Positions 28,439 through 38,049 of a stretch of DNA of 64,000 bases are shown in pieces. Made by a program: the position numbers and the translations under genes. The DNA comes from Candidatus Woesearchaeota archaeon (GTDB taxonomy: Archaea > Nanobdellota > Nanobdellia > Woesearchaeales > JAGVZT01): positions 16,965 through 80,964 of the forward strand of contig JBDRLT010000037.1 in assembly GCA_043812815.1 (NCBI GenBank), read 5' to 3'. The notes below the pieces were generated by a model that was not told where the DNA came from, searched no databases, and was given only the letters and a program-made list of their open reading frames with translations. How positions within the stretch are numbered: position 1 is the first letter of the stretch; every line of letters starts with the position of its first letter.

Positions 28439-29150
28439 TCAATATTTTTCTAAGCACAACACTAAACACCAATGAAAAGAGAATATAACTTCCAAGCCAG
28501 CCAATCTTCCATCCCAAAAGATCTAGCACAATCAGCTTCTCATTGCTAACCCTAATTGTCTTAAGCTTGCTCTGCTCAATGTTCTTCACAGGGTTTGTAT
28601 ACCTATGCTCATCCGTAACAATAATATCTTTCTTATAACTCTCGCCATCATAGGTTAGCTGCAAAACATAATCGCCAGCATCTGCTTTCATCACCCACAC
28701 TGCCCGACCTTCAGCAATAGTCTGATTAGGTTCGCTCACCAACTCAACACCCTCAGCAGCCAATGCAATACTGCCAGTAGTTCCTGGAGCAAATACAGCA
28801 GCAACTCTAAACTCGCTCCCAGGCATAAGAGGCATATATCCAAGATGGGCATTGAGATACCCAAAAATCAGCACAATAGGAATGAAAGTTATCAGCGTGG
28901 GCTTGAAACTCTGCATCATGTAGTCCATATTCTTGTTCATCATCTCCTTCTGCAGCCTCATCATCTGCTCAGGTTTCTTTGCAGCTTTCAGCTTGTCCTG
29001 CAGCTGTTTCAAATCTTCCTTCAGCGATTTCATCTTGGTTTGGTCAGTGGCAAACTTATACACCAGCACAACCAACAGAGAAAGCATGAAAGCTATCACT
29101 GCCACTGTTAATGTCAAAGGCAGTCCAAATAATAATCCAAGTACATCCAT
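28428..29150 (-). CDS. DUF106 / EMC3-TMCO1-like membrane insertase (archaeal YidC/Oxa1-type) with an extra C-terminal domain
   Basis: TM1, then a coiled-coil KMKSLKEDLKQLQDKLKAAKKPEQMMRLQKEMMNKNMDYMMQSFKP, then TM2 LITFIPIVLIFGYLN. This is the DUF106 architecture. Confidence 0.55.
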   Translation of the reverse strand: MDVLGLLFGLPLTLTVAVIAFMLSLLVVLVYKFATDQTKMKSLKEDLKQLQDKLKAAKKPEQMMRLQKEMMNKNMDYMMQSFKPTLITFIPIVLIFGYLNAHLGYMPLMPGSEFRVAAVFAPGTTGSIALAAEGVELVSEPNQTIAEGRAVWVMKADAGDYVLQLTYDGESYKKDIIVTDEHRYTNPVKNIEQSKLKTIRVSNEKLIVLDLLGWKIGWLGSYILFSLVFSVVLRKILNVH

Positions 29151-29151
29151 T

Positions 29152-30573
29152 TTAGCTCTTGATAAATTTCTGCAGCATAGGATGCATATCCATCATATGC
29201 TCCTTTGCTATCTCTTCGTACAATTTGTAGATAATCATAACAGTAAGCAAAATCCCTGTGCCTCTAATAAGCGACCCTGCAAGATCTGCAATCCCTGCCA
29301 GGAAACCCACAAAAAAGGCACCCATGATTGTAAGCGGCCAAATATATCTTTCAAGTATCCTCTCCAGAATCCGCTCATCCCTTCTAAACCCGGCAATATG
29401 CAATCCTGACTTCATCATATTCTCAGCCTGGCTCTTGGCATCCATCCCAGATGTCTGAACCCAGAAAATTGAGAAAAGCACAGAGCCGCCAACCATAAAC
29501 AGCATGTACACAAAGCCACTCACAATATCTCCTGTTGTGAGGCTGTTGGTAATAACCTTTCCCAGGATATTGGGAGCATTGAGCAAAGCAACCAGCCCTG
29601 TTGCAGGATTATTGCCGTTGAACGTCCCCAGAATTGGGAAACCCCAGTTCTGCATAAGCCTGGCCCACAACTGGATATTAGCCATAAATGCGCTCACCAA
29701 AATAACAGGCATGTTGCTTGTATAAATAAAACTCAAAGGCCATCTCACACCATGGCCACGCACCCTGCCAAAACTCAGAGGGATCTCAATCTTCATAGCC
29801 TGTCCATAAATAGACATCAAAAACACAGCAAAGGTTGATAACACAAAAGCTCCAAGCCTGGCAGCGTCTAGCAGCTGCTGCGATGCCAACGCCTGTACCA
29901 TTGCAGGGATAGCCCCTGTCAATATGCTCGGGTTAGCAGGGCTAGGCAGTATTGAAAAAGCCTTGATAAACAACTCCTTGCTTACTCCTGCAGCAATAAA
30001 CAGGGAAATCCCCTGCCCAAAACCCCACTTGCTCACAACCTCATCCATAAACATAATAAGGAACGCACCCACACACAGCTGCAACACCAAAATCCACTGC
30101 AGCGTTGCATAAACACTTGTTCCAGCTAGTCCAGTCGGAGGAGTCAACCCCCCCATAAACACATAAATAATACCCTCGAAAATTACGAAAAATATTGACG
30201 CTGCTTTCTGAAGCCCCTGATAAAATGCTTTGCCCTCATGGCTGGTCAAATCAATTTTCAACAACCCTGCGCCAGTCAGCAACTGCAGCACAATGCTTGC
30301 AGTCACTATCGGTCCAATACCCAAGGTGATCAGGCTGCCAAACTTGGCACCAAGAATAATCTCAAGCTGCTCAAACCTAAACTGGTTGTCAGGATCTAAC
30401 CCGAACAAGGGAATCATTCCCAAAATAAAAAACAGCACCAATGTCACAACTGTCCATTTCAGTTTCTCTTTGAATGGTAATCGCTTTTGACTCGGACCCT
30501 GAACCTCAGGGAGATTCATCAATATATCCTTAAGCAGCCCCATCCTTCTCCTCAAGAACAACCACTCCGCCAA
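29152..30573 (-). CDS. secY: preprotein translocase subunit SecY (start may be an internal Met; the listed ORF overlaps rpl15)
   Basis: 10-TM protein with GIGPIVTASIVLQLLTGAGLL and other SecY signatures. Sits after L15 as in canonical operons. Confidence 0.9.
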   Translation of the reverse strand: MAEWLFLRRRMGLLKDILMNLPEVQGPSQKRLPFKEKLKWTVVTLVLFFILGMIPLFGLDPDNQFRFEQLEIILGAKFGSLITLGIGPIVTASIVLQLLTGAGLLKIDLTSHEGKAFYQGLQKAASIFFVIFEGIIYVFMGGLTPPTGLAGTSVYATLQWILVLQLCVGAFLIMFMDEVVSKWGFGQGISLFIAAGVSKELFIKAFSILPSPANPSILTGAIPAMVQALASQQLLDAARLGAFVLSTFAVFLMSIYGQAMKIEIPLSFGRVRGHGVRWPLSFIYTSNMPVILVSAFMANIQLWARLMQNWGFPILGTFNGNNPATGLVALLNAPNILGKVITNSLTTGDIVSGFVYMLFMVGGSVLFSIFWVQTSGMDAKSQAENMMKSGLHIAGFRRDERILERILERYIWPLTIMGAFFVGFLAGIADLAGSLIRGTGILLTVMIIYKLYEEIAKEHMMDMHPMLQKFIKS

Positions 30574-30988
30574 AAGCTTTCACTTTCTCAACTGCCTTTG
30601 GCGAGGCAAACTTGGTGTTAATCTTCCATTTTCTGGTAACATTACCTCTGCTCAGCAACTTGTTGCAGCCAATAGCGTCCAAATCAACTGCAAAAATGTC
30701 CCCTTCCCGCTTAACTGCTTTGCCAAAATTGTCCAAGCCTCTTTCCAGGTCAATAATGTTGATACATACAATCTGCAAAGCACGCACATTCCTTTTGAAA
30801 CCGTGTTTACCATATCGCTTTGTGTCTTTCCACACAGATGGTTTGTTGCACTGAGCTGCTCGCTTCCCTTGGCCGCTGTTGCCTCTGCCTCCTCTGGACC
30901 CTGCACCCCTGTGCTTCTTCTTAGAGCCATACCCTCTAGTTGTGTCCCCTCTCATGGCTCGATTCTTCTTCTGTTTGCGAACAACCAT
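30530..30988 (-). CDS. rpl15: 50S ribosomal protein L15 (uL15)
   Basis: GSKKKHRGAGSRGGRGNSGQGKR motif. Confidence 0.85.
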   Translation of the reverse strand: MVVRKQKKNRAMRGDTTRGYGSKKKHRGAGSRGGRGNSGQGKRAAQCNKPSVWKDTKRYGKHGFKRNVRALQIVCINIIDLERGLDNFGKAVKREGDIFAVDLDAIGCNKLLSRGNVTRKWKINTKFASPKAVEKVKAFGGVVVLEEKDGAA

Positions 30989-31423
30989 CTAGACCATCCT
31001 CATCAGCAAATCATTAATCTTTTCTCCCCTATCACCAAGCACTCCACCCTGCCTAAAGCTCATCTTCAAGCCTTCCCTTTCAAAACCCTTTTTGGGTGGA
31101 CTCAACCGGAAAAAAGGTTTGTAGTTCTTATTATTGATCACAATAAACTTGTTGCCTATCTTCCCTTTCGGATCTATTCTTCCCTTATACAGCTGGCCCC
31201 GCTTCTCAACCAGAATATTATACACATCATCATTAACCTCACCGAATGTAACATAGTCCTTAATCTTCCTGACCATTCCGATAGTTGTCGGGTTTTTCTC
31301 AACAACAGCGCAAGAGTGTTTCCTGCGCAGGTGCAGAATATTCAGCGTATTGTCAATATCATGCCTAATATGATGCAGTCCCCTAACCCTGACAATAGCT
31401 ATTCTCTCACTCATTCTTAACAC
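30989..31423 (-). CDS. rpl30: 50S ribosomal protein L30 (uL30)
   Basis: IAIVRVRGLHHIRHDIDNTLNILHLRRKH. Confidence 0.8.
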   Translation of the reverse strand: MLRMSERIAIVRVRGLHHIRHDIDNTLNILHLRRKHSCAVVEKNPTTIGMVRKIKDYVTFGEVNDDVYNILVEKRGQLYKGRIDPKGKIGNKFIVINNKNYKPFFRLSPPKKGFEREGLKMSFRQGGVLGDRGEKINDLLMRMV

Positions 31424-32186
31424 CCTCTACAATCCCCAATTGCGGGGTGTACTTGCTCTGCACCTTTGTCTCCATCAATTGCCTAAGAGCATCAATACAT
31501 GCGCTAATCAGATTTATTCTAGTACGCGTCTGGCCAGAGGCCCTCGAATAAATATCCTTAATCCCTGCCAAGCCGAGAATTTTCTGGCACTCCTTCTCAG
31601 CCACTAGCCCTGATCCTTTTGGCGCAGGCATAAAAGTTATCTCAACTGAGCCGCTCTTCCCCTTAACAGCAAAAGGAATCGAGTGCGCTGTTTTGCAGCC
31701 ACACTCCCAGCTCCCGCATCCTCTCCTGATTTTAAAGAGATGGGTCTTGGCATTTCTCAATGCCTTCTCACGTGCAGGCACAGTCTCCTTAGCCTTTCCA
31801 ACGCCAATGCCCACATAGCCATCCCTATTACCAACAATAGCAAAAGTACCGAACTTTGGCTTATTCCCCTCAGGAGTCTTCTTCTGAGTCTGCCTGAAGA
31901 TTCTTCGCTTACCACCGCCAAACTTACCCTTTGACTGGCCAACAAGCAACAGATCCTGCTCAAGATTAAGCACAAGTATATCCACAATCTCAGGCTCCAT
32001 TATCTTCAGCCCATTATCAAGTATCTGATCAATATGCGTAATCTCCCCTGCTTTCACCTTCATGCCCAAGCTTGTTTTGGGTTTCCACGCCTCTTTATCA
32101 ATAGTGGACTTAGGCAACTCCTTCTCAACCTTCTCTTCGTCATCTGGGGCAATGACTGGCTCCTCTTCCTTGACTTCTTCACTCAT
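31407..32186 (-). CDS. rps5: 30S ribosomal protein S5 (uS5)
   Basis: GGGKRRIFRQ...AIVGNRDGYVGIGVGKAKE...CGSWECGC. Confidence 0.85.
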   Translation of the reverse strand: MSEEVKEEEPVIAPDDEEKVEKELPKSTIDKEAWKPKTSLGMKVKAGEITHIDQILDNGLKIMEPEIVDILVLNLEQDLLLVGQSKGKFGGGKRRIFRQTQKKTPEGNKPKFGTFAIVGNRDGYVGIGVGKAKETVPAREKALRNAKTHLFKIRRGCGSWECGCKTAHSIPFAVKGKSGSVEITFMPAPKGSGLVAEKECQKILGLAGIKDIYSRASGQTRTRINLISACIDALRQLMETKVQSKYTPQLGIVEGVKNE

Positions 32187-32767
32187 TTTTCCTCAACCTT
32201 CTTCTTTATCACTTCAAAATGACTTGTCAGATCCTCTGGGTTTAACCCATTCTTTAAATATGCTGAAAAAAGCTTATTATACCTCTCACCATCTTTCTCT
32301 TTGAGCATCTTGGCATAATTGCTAATATGCTTGCCCATTATTCTGTCATTCTCTGGCAAAACATCCTTACTGTGCTTAATCTTCAAACCGCCATCCAAGG
32401 CGCCCTTGAGCACTGCATACAGCCTGCTTCCGCCAACTGAAGTCTGCATCCCAATATCCAACACAGCTTCTGTAACATTGGCTTTAATAGCGCGCTTGGC
32501 TATCATCAATCCAACTAGGTAAGCAGCGCAAATATTGCCGCAATTTCCTTTCCATCCCAACTTCTTGAGATTTGCAGTATGGGCACTAGCAAGCACCTTG
32601 TCGCCAACAGCTTCAAACTCAATAATCCGCGCAGCAACATGCTTTGAGGAGCATCTCACCACCAGTCTTGGCTTCCCACCAAGCAAAAGCTTGAGCCTGT
32701 TCTTATAATTGGTTTTACCTTCACGCTTCCTCCTAAATCCAACAGTAAACCTTCTATTTGTTCTCAT
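32183..32767 (-). CDS. rpl18: 50S ribosomal protein L18 (uL18)
   Basis: RRFTVGFRRKREGKTNYKNRLKLL...PRLVVRCSSKH. Confidence 0.85.
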   Translation of the reverse strand: MRTNRRFTVGFRRKREGKTNYKNRLKLLLGGKPRLVVRCSSKHVAARIIEFEAVGDKVLASAHTANLKKLGWKGNCGNICAAYLVGLMIAKRAIKANVTEAVLDIGMQTSVGGSRLYAVLKGALDGGLKIKHSKDVLPENDRIMGKHISNYAKMLKEKDGERYNKLFSAYLKNGLNPEDLTSHFEVIKKKVEEK

Positions 32768-33207
32768 TTGCCCAGCCCTTGCTCATCAATATACAATTTC
32801 ACATGGCGTTTGCTTCTGAAAAAACCACCCTTAGCTTTGAGGTACAACTTTCTGTAACCTGCCTTTGTGATGAGCTCTTTACCCTTCAGCTCAGCTAAAA
32901 ATTTTCTAATAAGCCTAATCCTATTCATCCATGCAACTTTTGCAGGCAATCTTGCAGTCCACTTGCCCTTGCGTGAATTCGGCCCCTTGCCTCTGCCCTT
33001 TCTTCGCTGAATAGCCCTCTTCTTAGCCCTTGCTCTTGAGACGCCCTTAACCTGCTTCCCCCTAATCACGCCATCCTTTATCAGTCCCCTAATATCCACT
33101 TTGGTAATAGACTCTTTAATCTCATCAGCGCGCGTGGGATCAAGCCAGACACGTTTAGGTGAACGTTTCAAAACCTTCCCTGCTATCCTCTTTCTTGAAT
33201 TCAACAT
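32764..33207 (-). CDS. rpl19e: 50S ribosomal protein L19e
   Basis: RVWLDPTRADEI...GRGKGPNSRKG. Confidence 0.85.
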   Translation of the reverse strand: MLNSRKRIAGKVLKRSPKRVWLDPTRADEIKESITKVDIRGLIKDGVIRGKQVKGVSRARAKKRAIQRRKGRGKGPNSRKGKWTARLPAKVAWMNRIRLIRKFLAELKGKELITKAGYRKLYLKAKGGFFRSKRHVKLYIDEQGLGK

Positions 33208-33208
33208 C

Positions 33209-33754
33209 TTATTTCTGCTCCTTGGTCAAGAGCTTATCAAACTCTTTCTTTTCCCTTTTCTTCTTATCCTCTTCACCCTCAACAGCCTCTTCAATGCTCT
33301 TCTTTGGAGCTTCAACTTTCTTGACTTTGGTTGTCTTCTCTTTCCTCTTTTTGATACTCTCCTCTACCTTGGCAATATAACCCTTCGGATCCTTAACATT
33401 AACAATCATGATATTCTTTTTGAGGGCCAGTTCAACTATAGCCATCTTTTTCTTAATTCCAACACCCTTGCCTATTTCAATACACTGCTTCTTGGTAATC
33501 TGCTCAACATCCTCAACTCGGTTTACCCTTACAACAGCCAAACCTGAGCTGTGCAATCCTTTGACTGCTCTCGGGCTTCCCCATCCCGGCTCCACACTCC
33601 TTCTATAACCTTTGATCTTCATCCTCATCTTGGAATGCCAGCCCTTAGGCCTGCGCCAGCTCTTCTTCAACCTCTTGATCTTATGGGAGTCCTGCCTGCT
33701 GAACGTGGGCTTCTTCTTCTTCAAACTATTCCTAACAGCCAGCAAATCCCTCAT
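33209..33754 (-). CDS. rpl32e: 50S ribosomal protein L32e
   Basis: KSWRRPKGWHSKMR motif, with a K/E-rich tail. Confidence 0.8.
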   Translation of the reverse strand: MRDLLAVRNSLKKKKPTFSRQDSHKIKRLKKSWRRPKGWHSKMRMKIKGYRRSVEPGWGSPRAVKGLHSSGLAVVRVNRVEDVEQITKKQCIEIGKGVGIKKKMAIVELALKKNIMIVNVKDPKGYIAKVEESIKKRKEKTTKVKKVEAPKKSIEEAVEGEEDKKKREKKEFDKLLTKEQK

Positions 33755-34293
33755 TTCGTAATCGCCTTTTCAGTTATGTAAATTCCATCCTGGAATATCC
33801 TTCTATCATACGCAGTCCTTCTTGTCAGCTGCTCAATCGATGCTGCAGTCTGCCCTGCCAGCTCCTTGCTTGCAGCACTTACTTCCACTGTATCACCCTT
33901 AACCTTGACCTCTACTCCTTCTCCCAGATCCAAGGTCCTGGGAATCCTCTCGCCAAAAAAATTCTTGACAATAAACTGTTTATCCTTGACACTAACATTC
34001 ATAGGAAAGTGCCCTGAGCAAATCTTGAGTCTGTACATATAGCCTTGCTGCACACCCTCAAGCATATTGTTGACATGCGCAACAAAAGTACCAATTATCT
34101 TTTTCTCCCTTCTTGTTGCATTCTTTGCGCCAACCTTAACCTTGTTCCCTGTAACCTCGACATTGACTTGCGGATGGAAGAGCTTGCGCTTAATAACTCC
34201 TTTTGGCCCCTCAAGACAGATTATGCCGTTCTCATAGCTAACCTTAACTCCAGCAGCCATTTCAATTTCCTCTTCCATCAGATCTAATCTCAT
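33751..34293 (-). CDS. rpl6: 50S ribosomal protein L6 (uL6)
   Basis: Two-domain L6 pattern, GYMYRLKICSGHFP. Confidence 0.8.
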   Translation of the reverse strand: MRLDLMEEEIEMAAGVKVSYENGIICLEGPKGVIKRKLFHPQVNVEVTGNKVKVGAKNATRREKKIIGTFVAHVNNMLEGVQQGYMYRLKICSGHFPMNVSVKDKQFIVKNFFGERIPRTLDLGEGVEVKVKGDTVEVSAASKELAGQTAASIEQLTRRTAYDRRIFQDGIYITEKAITK

Positions 34294-34294
34294 T

Positions 34295-34687
34295 TTAGTA
34301 ACAATAGGCCAGAAGCTTTCCTCCTAAGCCCTTCTCCTTTGCTTCCAGGTGTGTCATAATCCCTTTATTAGTCGACACAATAAGCACACCAAAATCTTTG
34401 GCAAGCAAAAACCTTTTCTCAAACTTCTCATAACCATCTATCTTCACAGCAAACCTTGGCTTGATCACACCGCATTTATTGATCTTGTTGATCAGCTCAA
34501 TTCTCACAGAACTTCCTCGGCTGTTTTTCTCCTCAGTATATTGGCCAATAAAATGGTTATCCTGCAGCTTCTGCAACACAGCTTTCACTATGTTCGAGCT
34601 AGGTCGCAAGACCGCTACACTCTTGCCAACACGTTCTGCATTCAAAATATTCGACATCACATTGGATAATGGATCGTTTAAACTCAT
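34295..34687 (-). CDS. rps8: 30S ribosomal protein S8 (uS8)
   Basis: DPLSNVMSNILNAERVGKS... Confidence 0.85.
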   Translation of the reverse strand: MSLNDPLSNVMSNILNAERVGKSVAVLRPSSNIVKAVLQKLQDNHFIGQYTEEKNSRGSSVRIELINKINKCGVIKPRFAVKIDGYEKFEKRFLLAKDFGVLIVSTNKGIMTHLEAKEKGLGGKLLAYCY

Positions 34688-34693
34688 TTTTCA

Positions 34694-34924
34694 TCAACTG
34701 TATTTTCTAAACCCTATTTTTGTAGCTATCTCTCTAAAACAATGCCTGCACAAATTGAGGCCATACTTTGAGATATGCCCCCCTACTCTCAGACATCTTC
34801 TGCATTTCTTTGATGAAAGGCCGTACTTTATCTCCTTAGGTTTATTGTGCTTCAAAAATCTCGCCATCTTAACTGGTTTTGATTTCAGCTGCTTAAACAC
34901 CTTTCTGTAATCACTAACTGTCAT
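34694..34924 (-). CDS. rps14: 30S ribosomal protein S14 type Z (uS14, zinc-binding)
   Basis: [22 protein letters not shown]. Confidence 0.85.
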   Translation of the reverse strand: MTVSDYRKVFKQLKSKPVKMARFLKHNKPKEIKYGLSSKKCRRCLRVGGHISKYGLNLCRHCFREIATKIGFRKYS

Positions 34925-34926
34925 AC

Positions 34927-35430
34927 TCAGCTTACCTCCACCTTATACACCTGTTTGAAAAAATCAATAGCTTCTTCCTTGGATATTACATGGTTCTTGC
35001 TAAGCTCTCCTCTTAACAATTTTCTCCTCTTAACCCTAAATCCTGGCCTCTCCAGCGTAACACACACATCCAGTCCCAAATTTCCGATCTCTGGGTCATA
35101 TTTCACACCAGGAATGTAAATATATTCAACAAGCCCGAAATTGACATTGCCATGCTCATCAAAACAGCTCTCCTGCAGTTTGTTCTCCCTGGCAACCAGC
35201 AATCTCTTCAGCAGATCATCAGATCTTCTCACAGTAACCTTACACCCGATTGGCAGCCCAGGTCTAACCCCCCATGTGGGGATCCTCTTCTTGGTAATGC
35301 ACTTCACTGGGCTCATCCCAGTAATTTTTGCCAAGAGCTTCACACTTCTCTCAAGCTTTTCCTGCTCCTTTCCTGTCCCCATATTCAAGGTGAGCTTCTC
35401 TATCCTGATATTCCGCATTACGTCTGACAT
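34927..35430 (-). CDS. rpl5: 50S ribosomal protein L5 (uL5)
   Basis: [14 protein letters not shown]...[12 protein letters not shown]. Confidence 0.85.
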   Translation of the reverse strand: MSDVMRNIRIEKLTLNMGTGKEQEKLERSVKLLAKITGMSPVKCITKKRIPTWGVRPGLPIGCKVTVRRSDDLLKRLLVARENKLQESCFDEHGNVNFGLVEYIYIPGVKYDPEIGNLGLDVCVTLERPGFRVKRRKLLRGELSKNHVISKEEAIDFFKQVYKVEVS

Positions 35431-35431
35431 A

Positions 35432-36124
35432 TTAGCCTAATGATATCCCAGGAGTCTTTTCTCCAACTACAAGAGCAAATCTTTTCTCGGTTTTAACAAC
35501 ACCGCCACTCTTTGATTTGTAATAGACACCCTCTTCGCTTATTTTCTCAATAACACCATGATCACCAATGTGTTTACCACCTGTCAAAAATATGTATGAG
35601 CCAACATCAAATTGCATATTTTTCTTGATCTTCTTACTCGGCAGTTCCACCAGCAGACTCCCACCGCATTTATACTCATCCTTTTCAGCAATAAGATTTA
35701 TTCCTGAGCTCAGGTTCAGCTGGGTCTTGCCCCCTTTCACCCTTGTCTTATTCAAGACCTTGCACGGCTTGATTGAAGCCTCTTTGCTATCAATCTTTAA
35801 TAGTCTCAAAAACCCTTTCTCATCAATAATCATTCTATAGCTCTCCTTCAGCAGAGGCAAACTTATCACATCCATTAGCCCGACAGGGAATTTGGGGTCT
35901 TTCCTCTGTTTCCCATCAACAAGGATCTGCTGTTTTGCCAGCATATATTTAACCTGCTTGGCATTGCTTGCATACCCCAGCATATCCCTCAGCACAATGT
36001 TGATTGGCATACACATCTCTGCTGCATGCGGCCCAGGGTTTGGTCTAGTGATAAACTTGATACCCTTCCTTTTTATCTTCCATGTCCTTGGAGCATTCAA
36101 TCGTTTTAAGTGAGCTTTTGCCAT
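35432..36124 (-). CDS. rps4e: 30S ribosomal protein S4e
   Basis: MAKAHLKRLNAPRTWKIKRKGIKFITRPNPGPH. Confidence 0.85.
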   Translation of the reverse strand: MAKAHLKRLNAPRTWKIKRKGIKFITRPNPGPHAAEMCMPINIVLRDMLGYASNAKQVKYMLAKQQILVDGKQRKDPKFPVGLMDVISLPLLKESYRMIIDEKGFLRLLKIDSKEASIKPCKVLNKTRVKGGKTQLNLSSGINLIAEKDEYKCGGSLLVELPSKKIKKNMQFDVGSYIFLTGGKHIGDHGVIEKISEEGVYYKSKSGGVVKTEKRFALVVGEKTPGISLG

Positions 36125-36129
36125 GTTTC

Positions 36130-36507
36130 CTATCTCCTTTTCAAAGCTGCCACCCTCTTCTTATCAGAAAGGTTCAGCTCAGTAATCATCAAATTTGAAG
36201 GGTGCAGAGGGTAAAAAACCTTTGTTCCGTCTTTCTTGGTTGTCTCCACACCCCTAACATAAACTTTAACACCACTGATATCCACTCTATCCACTTTTCC
36301 GCTTAGTCCGCTGAATTGTCCCCGCATAACTTTTACCTTGTCGTCTTTCCTTACAATAATAGCGCGCCTGCCATGACTCTTCCTTAACTCAGGAGACAAA
36401 TGGGCGCCCATAAACTTTCGCTTAATATGCAAAGGCGCTCTCGCTCGGTATTTCCTCTGCTTGCCTGGTGCTTTGCTCGAATTCCAGGCTTTTGAAAATG
36501 TTCTCAT
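36130..36507 (-). CDS. rpl24: 50S ribosomal protein L24 (uL24); start taken at the internal Met, the ORF is listed to 36543
   Basis: KYRARAPLHIKRKFMGAHLS...VRKDDKVKVMRGQFSG (KOW domain). Confidence 0.8.
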   Translation of the reverse strand: MRTFSKAWNSSKAPGKQRKYRARAPLHIKRKFMGAHLSPELRKSHGRRAIIVRKDDKVKVMRGQFSGLSGKVDRVDISGVKVYVRGVETTKKDGTKVFYPLHPSNLMITELNLSDKKRVAALKRR

Positions 36508-36905
36508 ACGATAATCCTCGCAACTTTGGAAATTGCAGGCCACCTTTCACAAGCCTCTTTAGCCACAGGCCCTTTGAAAATAGTCCCCTTCGGATTTCCT
36601 TTCTCATCCTTAAGCACAACTGCTGCGTTATCCTCAAATTTGATCCTCGTGCCATCTGGCCTGCGGTATTCCTTGCGCTGCCTGACAATCACTGCCAGCA
36701 CAACCTGTTTCCTCATCTCTGGTTTGCCCTTCTGTACACTGGCCATAACCAAATCTCCCACACCAGCACTCGCCAGTCTGCTCCTTACTGTTTTACTCCC
36801 CATTACTGTAAATATCCTAAGGATCTTGGCACCAGAGTTGTCGCATGTGCCAACATTTGCACCAAGTGGCAATCCTTTTGTCACATTTGCTTTGACTGGT
36901 TTCAT
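36504..36905 (-). CDS. rpl14: 50S ribosomal protein L14 (uL14)
   Basis: CDNSGAKILRIFTVMG... Confidence 0.85.
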   Translation of the reverse strand: MKPVKANVTKGLPLGANVGTCDNSGAKILRIFTVMGSKTVRSRLASAGVGDLVMASVQKGKPEMRKQVVLAVIVRQRKEYRRPDGTRIKFEDNAAVVLKDEKGNPKGTIFKGPVAKEACERWPAISKVARIIV

Positions 36906-37219
36906 TTGCCCAAAACCTCCACTACAATGAAATGTTTGGTCTTACTGAGTGGCCTAGTCTCTTTTATCATCACTTTGTCACCAACTTTGGCATTAATACA
37001 GCTTGGATTGTGCACAAGCAGTTTGGTTTTTCTGCTCTCATACCTCTCAAACTTGGGCAAATAATGCTGTCTCGCTCTAACAAAAGTAACGGTCTTATGT
37101 GATTTTGCCGCGACAATCATCCCACTAAGCACTCTTCCATGTAATCTGGACTTTCCGTGGAAAGGGCAATACTGATCATTGCACACTGTCTTTTCTTCCT
37201 TCTCTGATTTCTTTACCAT
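36902..37219 (-). CDS. rps17: 30S ribosomal protein S17 (uS17)
   Basis: CNDQYCPFHGKSRLHGRVLSGMIV... Confidence 0.85.
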   Translation of the reverse strand: MVKKSEKEEKTVCNDQYCPFHGKSRLHGRVLSGMIVAAKSHKTVTFVRARQHYLPKFERYESRKTKLLVHNPSCINAKVGDKVMIKETRPLSKTKHFIVVEVLGK

Positions 37220-37479
37220 CTTAATTTCGACTTGATCCTCTCTTCAGGCTTTTTGTTGAAATATTTCCCATCGATAATCACAGTCTTATCCTGCACCACA
37301 AACCCAAAGGAATAAAGCGTTTTTACCAGCCGCTTTCTTACCCCTGATGTTTGCAAGACCACTGTGTTCTTGGTTTCATCAACAATCTCTCCCTCAAAAA
37401 CATCCTTGTTTTTAAGGTTAACTGCTCGGGTATTTCTACCTATCAGTTCTCCCTTCAATATGTCTTTCACATATTGCAT
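37213..37479 (-). CDS. rnp1: RNase P protein component 1 (Rpp29/Pop4-like); start at the internal Met, the ORF is listed to 37566
   Basis: ELIGRNTRAVNLKNKDVFEGEIVDETKNTVVLQT...VIIDGKYFNKKPEERIK. Lies between L29 and S17, as in other archaea. Confidence 0.7.
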   Translation of the reverse strand: MQYVKDILKGELIGRNTRAVNLKNKDVFEGEIVDETKNTVVLQTSGVRKRLVKTLYSFGFVVQDKTVIIDGKYFNKKPEERIKSKLRW

Positions 37480-37531
37480 GGTCGTTATCTCATCAGCTGA
37501 GACTTGGCATAATGAAAACCCCTTTCGGAGC

Positions 37532-37840
37532 TCATTTGACGTCGATTGTCTCTGGCGCAAAACCAATGTCGACCAAAAACTGCTTCATGCCTCTTTTGTG
37601 GTCGCCCTGAATCTCAATGATGCCTTTCTTCACTGTGCCTCCGCAGGCAAACTTCATCTTGAGTTTTTTCCCCAGGTCTTTGATGTCAATCTCTTTTTTG
37701 TCAATCCCTTCGACAATCGTATACACTTTGCCAAATTTTTTCTTTTCTGTGCGCACCAGTATGTTTTGACTCTCTTTGGCTATGGTCTCACACACGCACA
37801 AATCTTTAGGTAGCCCACAAATTTGACAAATTTCACTCAT
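37532..37840 (-). CDS. sui1: translation initiation factor SUI1/eIF1 homolog
   Basis: CQICGLPKDLCVCE...KFGKVYTIVEGID...KFACGGTVKKGIIEIQGDHK. Confidence 0.8.
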   Translation of the reverse strand: MSEICQICGLPKDLCVCETIAKESQNILVRTEKKKFGKVYTIVEGIDKKEIDIKDLGKKLKMKFACGGTVKKGIIEIQGDHKRGMKQFLVDIGFAPETIDVK

Positions 37841-38049
37841 TATTTTTTGTCCTCTCCTCCTTGGTTTTGTTTCATTATGGTTAGTATGCGAGCGATATTT
37901 CTTTTATTCTGCCTGATAAGCCCAGGACTTTTTGGAGTTGTCCCAGTAGCTATCTGGGCATTCTGCTTTACCAGCTCTTTTCTGAGATCCATCAAGCGCT
38001 CCTTGAGCTGCGAAGCATTCATCGTCTTAAACTCTTTTGTAGCCTTCAT
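37840..38049 (-). CDS. rpl29: 50S ribosomal protein L29 (uL29)
   Basis: LKERLMDLRKELVKQNAQIATG. Confidence 0.8.
   Translation of the reverse strand: MKATKEFKTMNASQLKERLMDLRKELVKQNAQIATGTTPKSPGLIRQNKRNIARILTIMKQNQGGEDKK

Noticed and set aside
36468-37064. 198-aa plus-strand ORF, and similar plus-strand ORFs throughout 30.5-42.4 kb
   Set aside because: They are antisense to the ribosomal protein genes, whose minus-strand products are unmistakable.
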